Shown: piece by piece, positions 27,475-36,321 of the stretch
Numbering within the stretch: position 1 is the first letter of the stretch
How the letters are laid out: each line of letters starts with the position of its first letter
Assembly (NCBI GenBank): GCA_016198755.1
Contig: JACQIB010000005.1
Coordinates: forward strand, 64,001 to 128,000
DNA length: 64,000 bases
Direction: 5' to 3'
From: Candidatus Aenigmatarchaeota archaeon
Lineage (GTDB): Archaea; Aenigmatarchaeota; Aenigmatarchaeia; Aenigmatarchaeales; JACQIB01
Translations under genes and position numbers: made by a program
The notes under the pieces: generated by a model
The model's input: the letters and a program-made list of their open reading frames with translations, nothing else
Told to the model about the DNA's origin: nothing
Database searches by the model: none

Positions 27475-28089
27475 TTAATCTTCTGTTTCCCAGAACTCCT
27501 GCCTTCCAGCTACCGGAAACCAATGATCTGGAACAGAACTAACAACTTTGCTCTCTAAAGTTTGGCGCTGTTTGCCTGTAGAAGGGGGTTTTCCCCTGTA
27601 TTGCAACCTATAGTACATCATACCCGCCAGAAACCTAAACATAACAGACTCGGTTCCTATCCATGGATGCCTGTCTTCGGGGAGAATATACCACAGAGTT
27701 GCTCCAACAAGCTTAGCTCTCTCCGTTACTAAAGGCTCTTCGCGGAATGATCTACAGCCAGGAAATATTGCCTCAGTATTCCCATGATTCTTTGCCATTG
27801 TTATTGGATCAGCAGAGGTGCCCAAAGAGTTTCTTAGACTTTCCATTACAACAGTATCTTCACCTTTAAAAACATACGACATATTTACTCGGGCTGGATA
27901 AACAGTATCTGCGCTCAAGCCAGCAGGCCATATCAATCTATCCCCAGCATATTTTCTCAGTGGGACAAATCTTTCCACCACTGGATTGGAAACAGGATTA
28001 TATCCTGGATTAAGAGTTCTATAAAAAGTTCTTTCTTCATCCTCAGCAACGCGAGTCGGCTCTAAACCCAGCAAAGACATTACTCCCAT
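27475..28089 (-). CDS. Hypothetical protein, paralog of 26901..27434
   Basis: FVPLRKYAGDRLIWPAGLSAD; MFRFLAG; KPPSTG. Confidence 0.75.
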   Translation of the reverse strand: MGVMSLLGLEPTRVAEDEERTFYRTLNPGYNPVSNPVVERFVPLRKYAGDRLIWPAGLSADTVYPARVNMSYVFKGEDTVVMESLRNSLGTSADPITMAKNHGNTEAIFPGCRSFREEPLVTERAKLVGATLWYILPEDRHPWIGTESVMFRFLAGMMYYRLQYRGKPPSTGKQRQTLESKVVSSVPDHWFPVAGRQEFWETED

Positions 28090-28143
28090 TCAAAGGACTG
28101 TACAAAACAAACCTTTTAAACCTTTGCTTTTGGAAGAGAAAAG

Positions 28144-28234
28144 TGGTAGCGGAGGCTTGATTTGAACAAGCGACCTTCGGGTGTTTCAAGTTTTTTATGA
28201 GCCCGACGAGCACTCCAGGCTGCTCCACTCCGCT
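28144..28234 (-). tRNA. Initiator tRNA-Met(CAT) with a 13-nt intron (28183..28195) and encoded CCA
   Basis: AGCGGAGTGGAGCAGCCTGGAGTGCTCGTCGGGCTCATA[AAAAACTTGAAAC]ACCCGAAGGTCGCTTGTTCAAATCAAGCCTCCGCTACCA; A1-U72 pair, GGG/CCC anticodon stem, TTAAATA box upstream. Confidence 0.93.
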
Positions 28235-28349
28235 GTTCCTCTCTTTAGCCCCATTCTATTTAAGCCTTTCCGCGCGATTGTTCGGAAAAATACTGTGAAA
28301 AACATACCTTTCTAAATAGGTTTTTTCCCAAGTCAGATTTGGTGAGAAA

Positions 28350-28496
28350 ATGGGATGTAATTCAAGGCAGCTGAAAAGCAGGATTGAAAGGAATTTGAGG
28401 GAAAGGTGGAACAACAGACCACGCTACCCAACAAACCAGCCTGCAAGTTATGGACTACGGTCTGGGGATTCTCTGTATAAAGAAAAAGGGTTATAA
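28350..28496 (+). CDS. Small basic protein (48 aa), below the ORF-track cutoff
   Basis: GGTGAG SD then MGCNSRQLKSRIERNLRERWNNRPRYPTNQPASYGLRSGDSLYKEKGL. Confidence 0.5.
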   Translation: MGCNSRQLKSRIERNLRERWNNRPRYPTNQPASYGLRSGDSLYKEKGL

Positions 28497-28507
28497 TAGA
28501 CAGGAAT

Positions 28508-28837
28508 TTAAGAAACCTTTTCAGGTATTCCCTCTGATAGGTCAAAAACCTTCCAGTCTTTATAATTAAGTTTAACTGCGAGCAAAGCTTTTGCACCGCA
28601 GCTTTCAGCTGCTTTTTTAAGCTGGTTTAGCTGTTCCAGATGTTCGCGGCTATAGAAAGTTTTCTTTCTACTTTTTACCTCAATCAAATGTGTTACACCG
28701 CTGCGCACAGCAATTAAATCGCATATTGCTGTATCCCCAACTCCTGATCCAGCCACCCTGTGAACTAAAAACCCCTTTGAGCTTAAATGTTCCAGAAACT
28801 CCCTCTCCCTGCGCGAGCCTTTGCTATTCTGTGCCAT
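28508..28837 (-). CDS. hjc: Archaeal Holliday junction resolvase
   Basis: KGSRRERE...GFLVHRVAGSG...DLIA...IEVKS. Confidence 0.92.
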   Translation of the reverse strand: MAQNSKGSRREREFLEHLSSKGFLVHRVAGSGVGDTAICDLIAVRSGVTHLIEVKSRKKTFYSREHLEQLNQLKKAAESCGAKALLAVKLNYKDWKVFDLSEGIPEKVS

Positions 28838-28970
28838 AATCAAACCTCTCTGGTTTGAGTACGCAAACATATAACGTGTTTGCTGTAATCAAAACCTCTG
28901 TGTTTTGGGTATGTTAAACCCATGGGGGTTTCCCATGGTAAATAAATAGATTGCAACCTATAAAAGTCCC

Positions 28971-29894
28971 ATGCCTGGATTCAAGGATTTCAGTGGAAGG
29001 AAAGAAACAATTTCTTCAATGCTTCGTTTTGTTCAGGGCTGGAGAAAAGGAAAGGGATTCCTGATTTATGGGCCTTCTGGAACAGGTAAAAGCTCACTTG
29101 TAAGAACTTTAGCATATGAAACCGGAAGGGAATTAATAGAATGCACTGCAGCTGACTCCAGAGCTGCAGAAATGCTTGAAAAAACCATTGGATCTGCTTC
29201 AAAACAGAAGAGTTTGGTTGGAAAGGATAAAATAATTTTAGTAGACGAAGTGGATGCTCTTGCAGCGGGAGAGGGTGGAGCTATAATAGCAAAAATAATA
29301 AAAACCAGCTCTTATCCTGTTTTTCTTACAGCAAACAAACCCTTCCTTCCAAAGCTCTCACAGATAAGGGAGTGCTGTAATCTGCTGGAAGTCAGAGGAC
29401 TTTCAAAAGCTGAGATTGAGAAGGAACTGATAGGAAAGGGTATTGATAAGGGAAGGGCAGGGGAAATTGCTGCTGCAGCAGCTGGAGATTATAGGGCTGC
29501 ACTATTGGGTATAGAAGGTACTGATGGAAAGGATTTGGAAAAAACTGTTTTTGAGCTTCTTGGAGCTGTTTTCTACTCTAATCCAAAGGATGCTAAAGCA
29601 GCGCTGGAAAACCCTGCAGTAGATGGGGGGGAACTTATCAGGTGGATAGAAGAGAACTTGCCCAGTGTTTATTCCGGAAAAGAGCTGGAAAAGGCTTTTG
29701 ATTTGCTTAGCAAAGCTGATCTGGCAAAAGGAAAAAGAGCTAAAATTTACCTTAGTCTTTTGTCTTCTTTAAAGGGAAAAAAGAGCTTTTTCAAGTATCC
29801 TAAATGGATACAAAAACCTGATGTGGAAAACCTGCCTCACTGTTCTGCTAGAAAATCTGCTGTAGAAAAGAGCTTCATTAAAGGAAAACTTTAA
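28971..29894 (+). CDS. rfcL: Replication factor C large subunit-like AAA+ ATPase (short)
   Basis: YGPSGTGKS, ELIECTAADSR, IILVDEVD, PVFLTAN, WIEENLP, LSKADL. Confidence 0.82.
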   Translation: MPGFKDFSGRKETISSMLRFVQGWRKGKGFLIYGPSGTGKSSLVRTLAYETGRELIECTAADSRAAEMLEKTIGSASKQKSLVGKDKIILVDEVDALAAGEGGAIIAKIIKTSSYPVFLTANKPFLPKLSQIRECCNLLEVRGLSKAEIEKELIGKGIDKGRAGEIAAAAAGDYRAALLGIEGTDGKDLEKTVFELLGAVFYSNPKDAKAALENPAVDGGELIRWIEENLPSVYSGKELEKAFDLLSKADLAKGKRAKIYLSLLSSLKGKKSFFKYPKWIQKPDVENLPHCSARKSAVEKSFIKGKL

Positions 29895-30298
29895 ATTTCC
29901 CTTACAGCAGAGCGCGCACCGCATGCCTGGCATTTTAACTGCAAAATCCTGTTCTGCATTATAAGGTCTGTGTCAGGCCTTTTGCATTCTTTGCAAATAA
30001 CAAATTCTGTTTTATAACTTTCAATTTTCTGCTGCAAAATCCTTGCTGACAGTTTTGTCTGGAATGTACAGCGATCCTCGTCTATCGATCCTGGGGAAGC
30101 AAGCTCTTTGCTCAGAAACTTTAACAAATGCTTTGGCTCGCGTCTGAGAGATTTTGCTATCGGGGAAAAATTCTTTACTATTGTTGAGGTTCCTTGGAAC
30201 AACAATTCAGGTTCAGGAACTTCGAGCCTTTCTGTTCCTTTCTCAGTTTTAGGCAGCTTTTCAAAAGCCGAATGCAGCATTTCCTCATAGGTTTTCAT
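29891..30298 (-). CDS. eif2b: Translation initiation factor aIF-2 beta subunit
   Basis: YEEML...ERLEVP...TIVKNF...HLLKFLSKEL...VICKECKRPDT...CQACGA. Confidence 0.95.
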   Translation of the reverse strand: MKTYEEMLHSAFEKLPKTEKGTERLEVPEPELLFQGTSTIVKNFSPIAKSLRREPKHLLKFLSKELASPGSIDEDRCTFQTKLSARILQQKIESYKTEFVICKECKRPDTDLIMQNRILQLKCQACGARSAVREI

Positions 30299-30371
30299 AC
30301 TGCCTCTTTCTCTCTTAGGGCTTAAATAGGTTTTGCTAGGGTTATGTTTATTCAAGACCGTAGTCAGGAAC

Positions 30372-30893
30372 TTAAATGGAGTGGTGAAGATCAGGATTAA
30401 AGCCCCTTGACTGGCTCTTTAGAATTCTCATCCCAGTCTCTTTTGCAGCAGATTCAAAGGCATCCCTTTCTAGAAATCTATGGGGAGATTGGAAAACCCC
30501 GTAACCGCGTCCCCTGAGATAAACATCAAGCCAACAGCGGGGAGTGTTTTTTGTGTAAAGCAGGTGAGCTGAGTGCATTCCCATGTTTACACCATCGCTT
30601 AACTCTAAACCCTCCTCCAGCCTTCCAATTCCATATGCAACAATTACCAGTTCATTCCCATCTTCCATTGGAGCTACTGTCCTTGCATATGTTTTCTCCC
30701 TGATGGTTTCACAGAAGCCAGTATCCCAGAAATCAGCAGGCAGAGTTGAAATGCTCCTTGGTTTTGGAAAGCCAAAAGAATAGGCTACATTAGCATAACA
30801 TGGATAAACCCCGTTAACAGGCATATAAGCCATTACTTTAGCAGGAGTTGACACTGTACCAAAACCAGGATCACTTGTTAATAAGCCTCTCAT
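30372..30893 (-). CDS. Hypothetical protein (ORFan)
   Basis: 173-aa ORF with a TTTATA box upstream. Confidence 0.7.
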   Translation of the reverse strand: MRGLLTSDPGFGTVSTPAKVMAYMPVNGVYPCYANVAYSFGFPKPRSISTLPADFWDTGFCETIREKTYARTVAPMEDGNELVIVAYGIGRLEEGLELSDGVNMGMHSAHLLYTKNTPRCWLDVYLRGRGYGVFQSPHRFLERDAFESAAKETGMRILKSQSRGFNPDLHHSI

Positions 30894-30925
30894 AAGCTAT
30901 TTGGTGAAAGAAAGCTTTATAAAAG

Positions 30926-31684
30926 CTATATTTTCTTCAGGAAACCTGCGCGGGGCTCAAAGCAGATGCCATCCTCTAAAAGAGCTGATATTGCAGAATC
31001 TACAGCAGGCTCTGGAAAGGCAAGAGACTTTGCCACAGCTGAATATTCAGCCCCGCTTCCCTTATCTAGGCTTTCTATAGCAACCAGAACTTTGTCCTTT
31101 ACTTCAGTTTCCTTCAGAACATTTTCCTCTGTTTTTTGCTCTATAAGCTCCTGAGCTTCATGTATAGCTTCCACATCATCAGCCTGTACTCCCTGTGCTC
31201 CGGCTAAAACTTTCAATTCAGCCAAATCTGCAGCTTGTTTCTGCAGCTGGTGCACAATGGAAATTTTCTTGCGCTGATCCTGCAAAAGTTTTTTAAGCTC
31301 CAAAACCCTTAAAGTTTCAAAATTTGAGGTAACACCGCGTATTATTTCAGGTGCAAGATACACTTCCCCGTTATATTCCCTAACCTTCCCTGTAACATCC
31401 ACTAAATCTCCGGATTTAAACCCTTCAAGCATTTTTATATTAACAAAAACCTTGCACCTTAATGTATCAGAGCCATCATCCAATGTTATAGAACCATAGT
31501 TGCCGTCTTCTGAAACAAATTTATCCACAATCAAACCAAGAGTCCTGATTCTGCTCATTCTCCTTCCTAGGGATGTTATTATATAGCTGCTTTCAAACCC
31601 TGATTTTTTAACAAACTTTCCTTTTACAATCTCCTCAATCCCTGCTTTCTTTGCTGTAAGTCTTTTCTTCTCCATCTGCACCAA
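30926..31684 (-). CDS. Replication protein A, RPA2-like (OB fold plus C-terminal winged helix)
   Basis: RIRTLGLIVDK...TLDDGSD...VTGKVREY; C-terminal ALLEDGICFEPRAGFLK. Confidence 0.85.
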   Translation of the reverse strand: MVQMEKKRLTAKKAGIEEIVKGKFVKKSGFESSYIITSLGRRMSRIRTLGLIVDKFVSEDGNYGSITLDDGSDTLRCKVFVNIKMLEGFKSGDLVDVTGKVREYNGEVYLAPEIIRGVTSNFETLRVLELKKLLQDQRKKISIVHQLQKQAADLAELKVLAGAQGVQADDVEAIHEAQELIEQKTEENVLKETEVKDKVLVAIESLDKGSGAEYSAVAKSLAFPEPAVDSAISALLEDGICFEPRAGFLKKI

Positions 31685-31716
31685 CCCTCATTTTTCTGTT
31701 AAAAGTATTTATAGGG

Positions 31717-33720
31717 CTAAATTTTCTGCACAAAACCTGTGCGCGGCTCGAAAATCATACCCTCCCTCTTAAGCCTCTGTAAAAGTTCCTCGAAATCCTT
31801 CTCGTTTATACCTTCATCCTCTGCTGCAGCAAGCAGCTCTTCTTTTGGAATCTGCTTTCCTAAACTCTTTTCAAGCTTTCCAATCAAATCCAGTATCATT
31901 GTTATCTTTGTCCTTTGGGAAGCCGGTGTTCCTCCTTCCAGCTTATCCACATCAAGCTTTCCTGTCTCATAATCATATCCAAGCTGTTTTATTGATTCCT
32001 GCATCACATTTATTGCTCTTTCAGCATCCTGAACTTCAACTGTTGGAGATAGCCTTATTTTAGCTGAAGCTTCTGAAAGCCTGATTAATGCTTCGTTCTG
32101 CCTGAGTGTTATTGCTACTGTGTTTGAGCCTGAGTATAGACTTCTCATTGTCAGATAAAACTGCTTTAACCTCTCAGCTGCTTCGCGTGTCATTATTGGA
32201 TGGGCATTTTTCCTGCAATAAGCTATGTATTTTCTCAAAAACTCTGGCTTGATTAGAGGTTCTACTTTTTCTGGTGCAAGCCTTGTTTCCAGAATATGCG
32301 CAGCTAACTTTTCATCCTTTACTGGATCTGGAATATCTCTCAGGGCAAACTTTAGGTCAAACCTGCTTAACAGAGTATCTGGTATTGTTAATTGTTCAGC
32401 TATAGATTTGTATGGATCAAATCTGGAAAATTTTGGATTTGCACCAGCCAATACAGAAACCTGAGCTGGGAGCGTTGCAACTATAGAGGCTTTTGCTATG
32501 CTCACAGTCTGCTGTTCTAAAGCCTCGTGCATAGCAACCTGATCCTCAACTGAAATTTTGTCAAACTCATCTATTGCCATTATTCCCTTATTTGCCAGAA
32601 CCATTGCGCCTGCTTCCAGCACCCAGCCTCCCATTAACTCCTCATCTTTGACTACAGTCGCGGTCAGACCAGCGCCAGTTGCACCCCTTCCTGAAACATA
32701 CTTGCCGCGCGGGATTATTGAGGAAGTGAGCTTTAGCAATTGGGATTTTGCCACTCCCGGATCTCCTAAAAGCAAAACGTGAATATCGCCCCTGATTTTT
32801 GTACCATCAGGGAACTTATGCCTGACACCCCCGAAAAGTTGCAATATTATAGCATCCTTAATCTCACCCAGACCGTATATCGAGGGAGCAAGAGACTCGC
32901 GCAGCTTTTTATAAATCTCCGGATCTGCTGCAAACTCCATTATCTTTTCCTCATCCTGAGCTGTTGTGTTTACCTCTTCCCACTCTACATCAGTTGATTC
33001 AATGGAATTTGTTTCTATGAACATCTCCATTTGAGTTTTCATTCTTCCCTTTATCATCCTATGCAGCTCTTTTACAATCCCTACAATCTTCAGCCTGTTG
33101 CCAGGGTCTGTTTTCCTCTGCATATCAGGAGTTGTCAGATCCTCTTTCATGGAAATATTTACTTCACCTGGCCTTTCCCCGCTTGCTGTTTCATAAGGCT
33201 CCTCCAAAGTTATAACACGGGAATCATACAGCTTCCTGTCCACCATATCAAACCTTGCTTTTATTCCGCATTCAGGACAGGCTACTGGGCCGTTTAACAT
33301 CCTTTCCTTCTGCTCAACACCAAATTTTGCAGTACATTCAGGGCACTGGAAAATAGCTATTGAAATTTCCGGCCTGACCTCAGAAGCTCTCCTTACTGTA
33401 CCTTCTACAGCAATAAATTTCCCTATATGTTCTGAACGTAAGCTGCGTATCCTTATTGTTGCTGATTCCGGCAAATTAATGAACCTGACTTTAAACCCTT
33501 CTGTTCCTTCAGGAACATCAAGCTCGCGCAGGGCAAAGTTTACAATGGGCAGGAGCCTTTCTGGTTCGTTTAAAAGCTTGTCAGCCAGTTCAGGATCAAA
33601 TTTATCCAGATTTGAAAAATCAACTGCAATAGATTTTTTTCCTTCCCTTGTAGCTGTCAGTAAATCCTGCTCATAAAACTGCCTTAAAAATTCCTCAAAT
33701 CTTTCCTGTTCATTATCCAT
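31717..33720 (-). CDS. mcm: MCM replicative helicase (no intein)
   Basis: C4 zinc finger; GDPGVAKSQ; IDEFDK; arginine finger LLSRFD; TLRQNEA. Start MDNEQ at 33720. Confidence 0.97.
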   Translation of the reverse strand: MDNEQERFEEFLRQFYEQDLLTATREGKKSIAVDFSNLDKFDPELADKLLNEPERLLPIVNFALRELDVPEGTEGFKVRFINLPESATIRIRSLRSEHIGKFIAVEGTVRRASEVRPEISIAIFQCPECTAKFGVEQKERMLNGPVACPECGIKARFDMVDRKLYDSRVITLEEPYETASGERPGEVNISMKEDLTTPDMQRKTDPGNRLKIVGIVKELHRMIKGRMKTQMEMFIETNSIESTDVEWEEVNTTAQDEEKIMEFAADPEIYKKLRESLAPSIYGLGEIKDAIILQLFGGVRHKFPDGTKIRGDIHVLLLGDPGVAKSQLLKLTSSIIPRGKYVSGRGATGAGLTATVVKDEELMGGWVLEAGAMVLANKGIMAIDEFDKISVEDQVAMHEALEQQTVSIAKASIVATLPAQVSVLAGANPKFSRFDPYKSIAEQLTIPDTLLSRFDLKFALRDIPDPVKDEKLAAHILETRLAPEKVEPLIKPEFLRKYIAYCRKNAHPIMTREAAERLKQFYLTMRSLYSGSNTVAITLRQNEALIRLSEASAKIRLSPTVEVQDAERAINVMQESIKQLGYDYETGKLDVDKLEGGTPASQRTKITMILDLIGKLEKSLGKQIPKEELLAAAEDEGINEKDFEELLQRLKREGMIFEPRTGFVQKI

Positions 33721-33917
33721 TTTCCCACCCAAAAAGAGTTGGAGAGAATAGAATTTCCAAAGGTTAAATAGCTGAATGGAACTGAGAAAAAGTGAATCCA
33801 TGGGAAATTTTTTCTTTAACCTAAGCTTCCAGTGGGCAGGTAAACTGCTCAACAGAAAAGTTCTTAAACCTACCTACGGGAAAGAAAGTATTAATTCTAG
33901 ATTTGAGAATTTATTCC

Positions 33918-34325
33918 ATGGCTGTGGGGGCTGCAGAAGGGGTAAGAGAGGTGGTGGATGTTGATTTTTTAGCTGTTGCTATAGAACAACCAGTACTATT
34001 GGCTCTTATGCTAGATCTTAATGGCCGGAGACCGATGGATAGGGGTGCTTATGGAACTGCTTTCACATCAAGATACAACAAAGAGCATCAACCCCCTACT
34101 ACACAACAATACGTGGATGGTGTAATAGGAATTCTGGTTGAGAGAGGTATTGTTGGAACAACTCCAACAATTGATGGAGAAGATGTTTATGTCAATAAAG
34201 GACAACAGGCTCTGTTCGCTGTGCTTGGAAAATACAAAGTTGAAAGTGGTTGTGTTATTACAAAACCCAATGGACATTCAACACCGAGAAGCCAGCTACC
34301 TATTTTTGAACAAAAACAAACTTAG
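33918..34325 (+). CDS. Hypothetical protein, possibly winged-helix-like
   Basis: ATG at 33918; the stop lies inside repeat copy 1. Confidence 0.65.
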   Translation: MAVGAAEGVREVVDVDFLAVAIEQPVLLALMLDLNGRRPMDRGAYGTAFTSRYNKEHQPPTTQQYVDGVIGILVERGIVGTTPTIDGEDVYVNKGQQALFAVLGKYKVESGCVITKPNGHSTPRSQLPIFEQKQT

Positions 34326-34378
34326 CTCTGTATTATTTTTTTATTAAGATTCTTCAGCCTCTTATCTACCTTTACAAC
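34309..34378. repeat. Direct repeat copy 1 (duplicate of the tbp 3' end and flank)
   Basis: Near-identical to 34983..35051 (2 substitutions, 1 extra T). Confidence 0.92.
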
Positions 34379-34394
34379 GACCCGTCTTATATGC

Positions 34395-34661
34395 TTAATT
34401 CCTTCTGAGCTTTTTGTATACTACGCTCCTATGATCTACTAACCTAACAAATATTTCCCTTTTTGATTCCTCTATATCCAATATAACCCTATAGTCACCA
34501 ACCCTTAGCTTATACCCGTTGTCTCCGGCTAAACGGGAAACGAAGATATGTGGGCTTTCTTTTAGAGACTCTATTTTAAGAAATATTCTTCTCGCAAGAA
34601 TATGCTCCAATTTTCTCATTTGTTCCAGAGATTTCGGATCCCACAATATTTTATATGCCAC
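34395..34661 (-). CDS. relE: RelE/ParE family toxin
   Basis: YKILW...RRIFLKIESL...YKLRVGDYRVI...VDHRSVVY. Confidence 0.9.
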   Translation of the reverse strand: MAYKILWDPKSLEQMRKLEHILARRIFLKIESLKESPHIFVSRLAGDNGYKLRVGDYRVILDIEESKREIFVRLVDHRSVVYKKLRRN

Positions 34662-34683
34662 AAGAATATTGCTGTCCGCTCCC

Positions 34684-34881
34684 TTATAAGAATTCCCTTC
34701 TGACAGCTTCGTGTTCTGTAAATTCGCTCTTCTCTCTCCTTCTGGACTCCGCTAATAGCCTTTTGGCGTGGCCTGACAACTCTATTTCATCTTCTATTAC
34801 CATTCTAAGCTCCTCAACATTCTCCTTTAACGACAGTATATCCTTGTGCATGTGCTCTAAAGATAGCTGTTGGGTTTTCAT
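34684..34881 (-). CDS. Putative antitoxin of the RelE toxin
   Basis: Small acidic protein directly upstream of relE; EFTEHEAVRREF tail. Confidence 0.75.
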   Translation of the reverse strand: MKTQQLSLEHMHKDILSLKENVEELRMVIEDEIELSGHAKRLLAESRRREKSEFTEHEAVRREFL

Positions 34882-34925
34882 AATAAAGAGTTGTTTTTTA
34901 TAACTTATAAGGCTTTGCCTGTTCA

Positions 34926-34968
34926 AAGGTTCTTCGGCCTTTTATCTACCTTTACAACAGCGCGCTCA
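34926..34968. repeat. Partial third copy of the tbp 3' segment
   Basis: aaggttcttcggccttttatctacctttacaacagcgcgctca matches 35019..35061 with 3 mismatches in 43 nt. Confidence 0.88.
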
Positions 34969-34982
34969 GATACCCGCATTTT

Positions 34983-35051
34983 AACAAGAACAAACTTAGC
35001 TCTGTATTATTTTTTATTAAGGTTCTTCAGCCTCTTATCTACCTTTACAAC
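34983..35051. repeat. Direct repeat copy 2 (native tbp 3' end)
   Basis: Encodes VVKVDKRLKNLNKK-stop on the minus strand. Confidence 0.92.
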
Positions 35052-35549
35052 AGCGCGTTCAACATCGGCTATGCTTCTGCCTCCAGTGCAAATAACTTTT
35101 CCTGAACCAAACAACAAAAAGGTCACTTTAGGATCGTCCATTCTGTAAACCAATCCTGGGAATTGTTCAGGCTCGTATTCTGTGTTTTCTAAAGTGAAAG
35201 CAATATCATCTAAATTTAATTCCCCTTCAATTTTTGCAGAAGCAACAATATTTTCCAGCCTTACAGTATAGTTGGAAGGTATCCTTATGCCAAGTTTTCT
35301 CATTTTTCCAACTATTTTAGCTATGACTTCCTTTGATTCCTTTGGACTTTTTGCACCTGTACATACAATCTTTCCTGAAGAAAAAATCAAAGCTGCTGCT
35401 TTCGGCTCTTTCATTCTCAAAACCACTCCAGGAAACTGTTCAGGCTCGTACTCTATCCCTTCCAGTCCAGCCACAACCTTTTCAAGCTTTACTTCAGTAT
35501 TCAAGTTAGCAGAAGCCACAACGTTCTCAATTTTTATTCTATAGGCCAT
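35007..35549 (-). CDS. tbp: TATA-box binding protein
   Basis: Two repeats of ENxVAS...YEPEQFPG...LxFxSGKxxCTG. Confidence 0.97.
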   Translation of the reverse strand: MAYRIKIENVVASANLNTEVKLEKVVAGLEGIEYEPEQFPGVVLRMKEPKAAALIFSSGKIVCTGAKSPKESKEVIAKIVGKMRKLGIRIPSNYTVRLENIVASAKIEGELNLDDIAFTLENTEYEPEQFPGLVYRMDDPKVTFLLFGSGKVICTGGRSIADVERAVVKVDKRLKNLNKK

Positions 35550-35634
35550 TTTAGAACCCCTTTCAAGCTTAGGGTATTTATAAAGGAGGGGGTATTTAAA
35601 TACCTTTTTAAAGGCCTGCAGCGCAGGTTTTCGA

Positions 35635-36321
35635 ATGAAATGCGCAGCTTTGTTTTCGGGAGGAAAGGACAGCACACGGGCAATTTACTTGGCACAGAAA
35701 GCTGGGCACGATGTGGTTGTTTTGTTAACAGTTTTCAGTCAAAACGAGGAAAGCTATATGTTCCATACATGCAACATTGAGCTGAGCAAATTGCAAGCTC
35801 AGGCTATGAAACTGCCGCAGCTTGTTGCAGAAACTGAGGGAAAAAAGGAGGAAGAACTGGAGGATTTGGAAAAACTAATTGCAGAAGCCAAAAATAAGTT
35901 TGGTATAGAGGGTGTAGTTTGCGGGGGTTTGGCTTCTGTTTACCAAGGGAGCAGGATTGAAAAGATTTGCAAGGGATTGAAACTGGAAATGTTAGCTCCT
36001 TTGTGGTGTATCCCTGCTGAGGAACACTTGAAAGGATTATTGAGAGAAGGGTTTAAGGTTATTTTTACTGGAGTTTTTGCTGATGGGTTGGGAAAAGAGT
36101 GGTTAGGAAGGGAACTGGATGAGAAAGCTGTGCAGGAGCTTTTGGAACTGGAAAAAAAGAAGGGAGTTAGCCCAGTTGGGGAGGGGGGAGAATTTGAGTC
36201 TGCTGTTCTGGATTGCCCTCTTTTTAAAGGGAAAATAAAAATTGTTGAATCTGAACCCAAATGGGAAGGTTTATCTGGAAAATTACTGATTAAGAAAACA
36301 TATCTTATTTCTAAGCCTTAA
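35635..36321 (+). CDS. dph6: Diphthine--ammonia ligase family PP-loop ATPase
   Basis: FSGGKDS, SYMFH, PLW, GEGGEFES. Confidence 0.88.
   Translation: MKCAALFSGGKDSTRAIYLAQKAGHDVVVLLTVFSQNEESYMFHTCNIELSKLQAQAMKLPQLVAETEGKKEEELEDLEKLIAEAKNKFGIEGVVCGGLASVYQGSRIEKICKGLKLEMLAPLWCIPAEEHLKGLLREGFKVIFTGVFADGLGKEWLGRELDEKAVQELLELEKKKGVSPVGEGGEFESAVLDCPLFKGKIKIVESEPKWEGLSGKLLIKKTYLISKP

Noticed and set aside
33721-33852. N-terminal extensions listed for MCM (also for TBP, MTAP, GatD, aIF2-beta, PAP2 and 1507..1800)
   Set aside because: Downstream ATGs match family N-termini and promoter or SD positions; the extensions overlap promoters or other genes.
34309-35061. The three tbp-end repeats as a mini-CRISPR
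   Set aside because: Spacing is irregular, the copies differ in length, and the repeat is tbp coding sequence.
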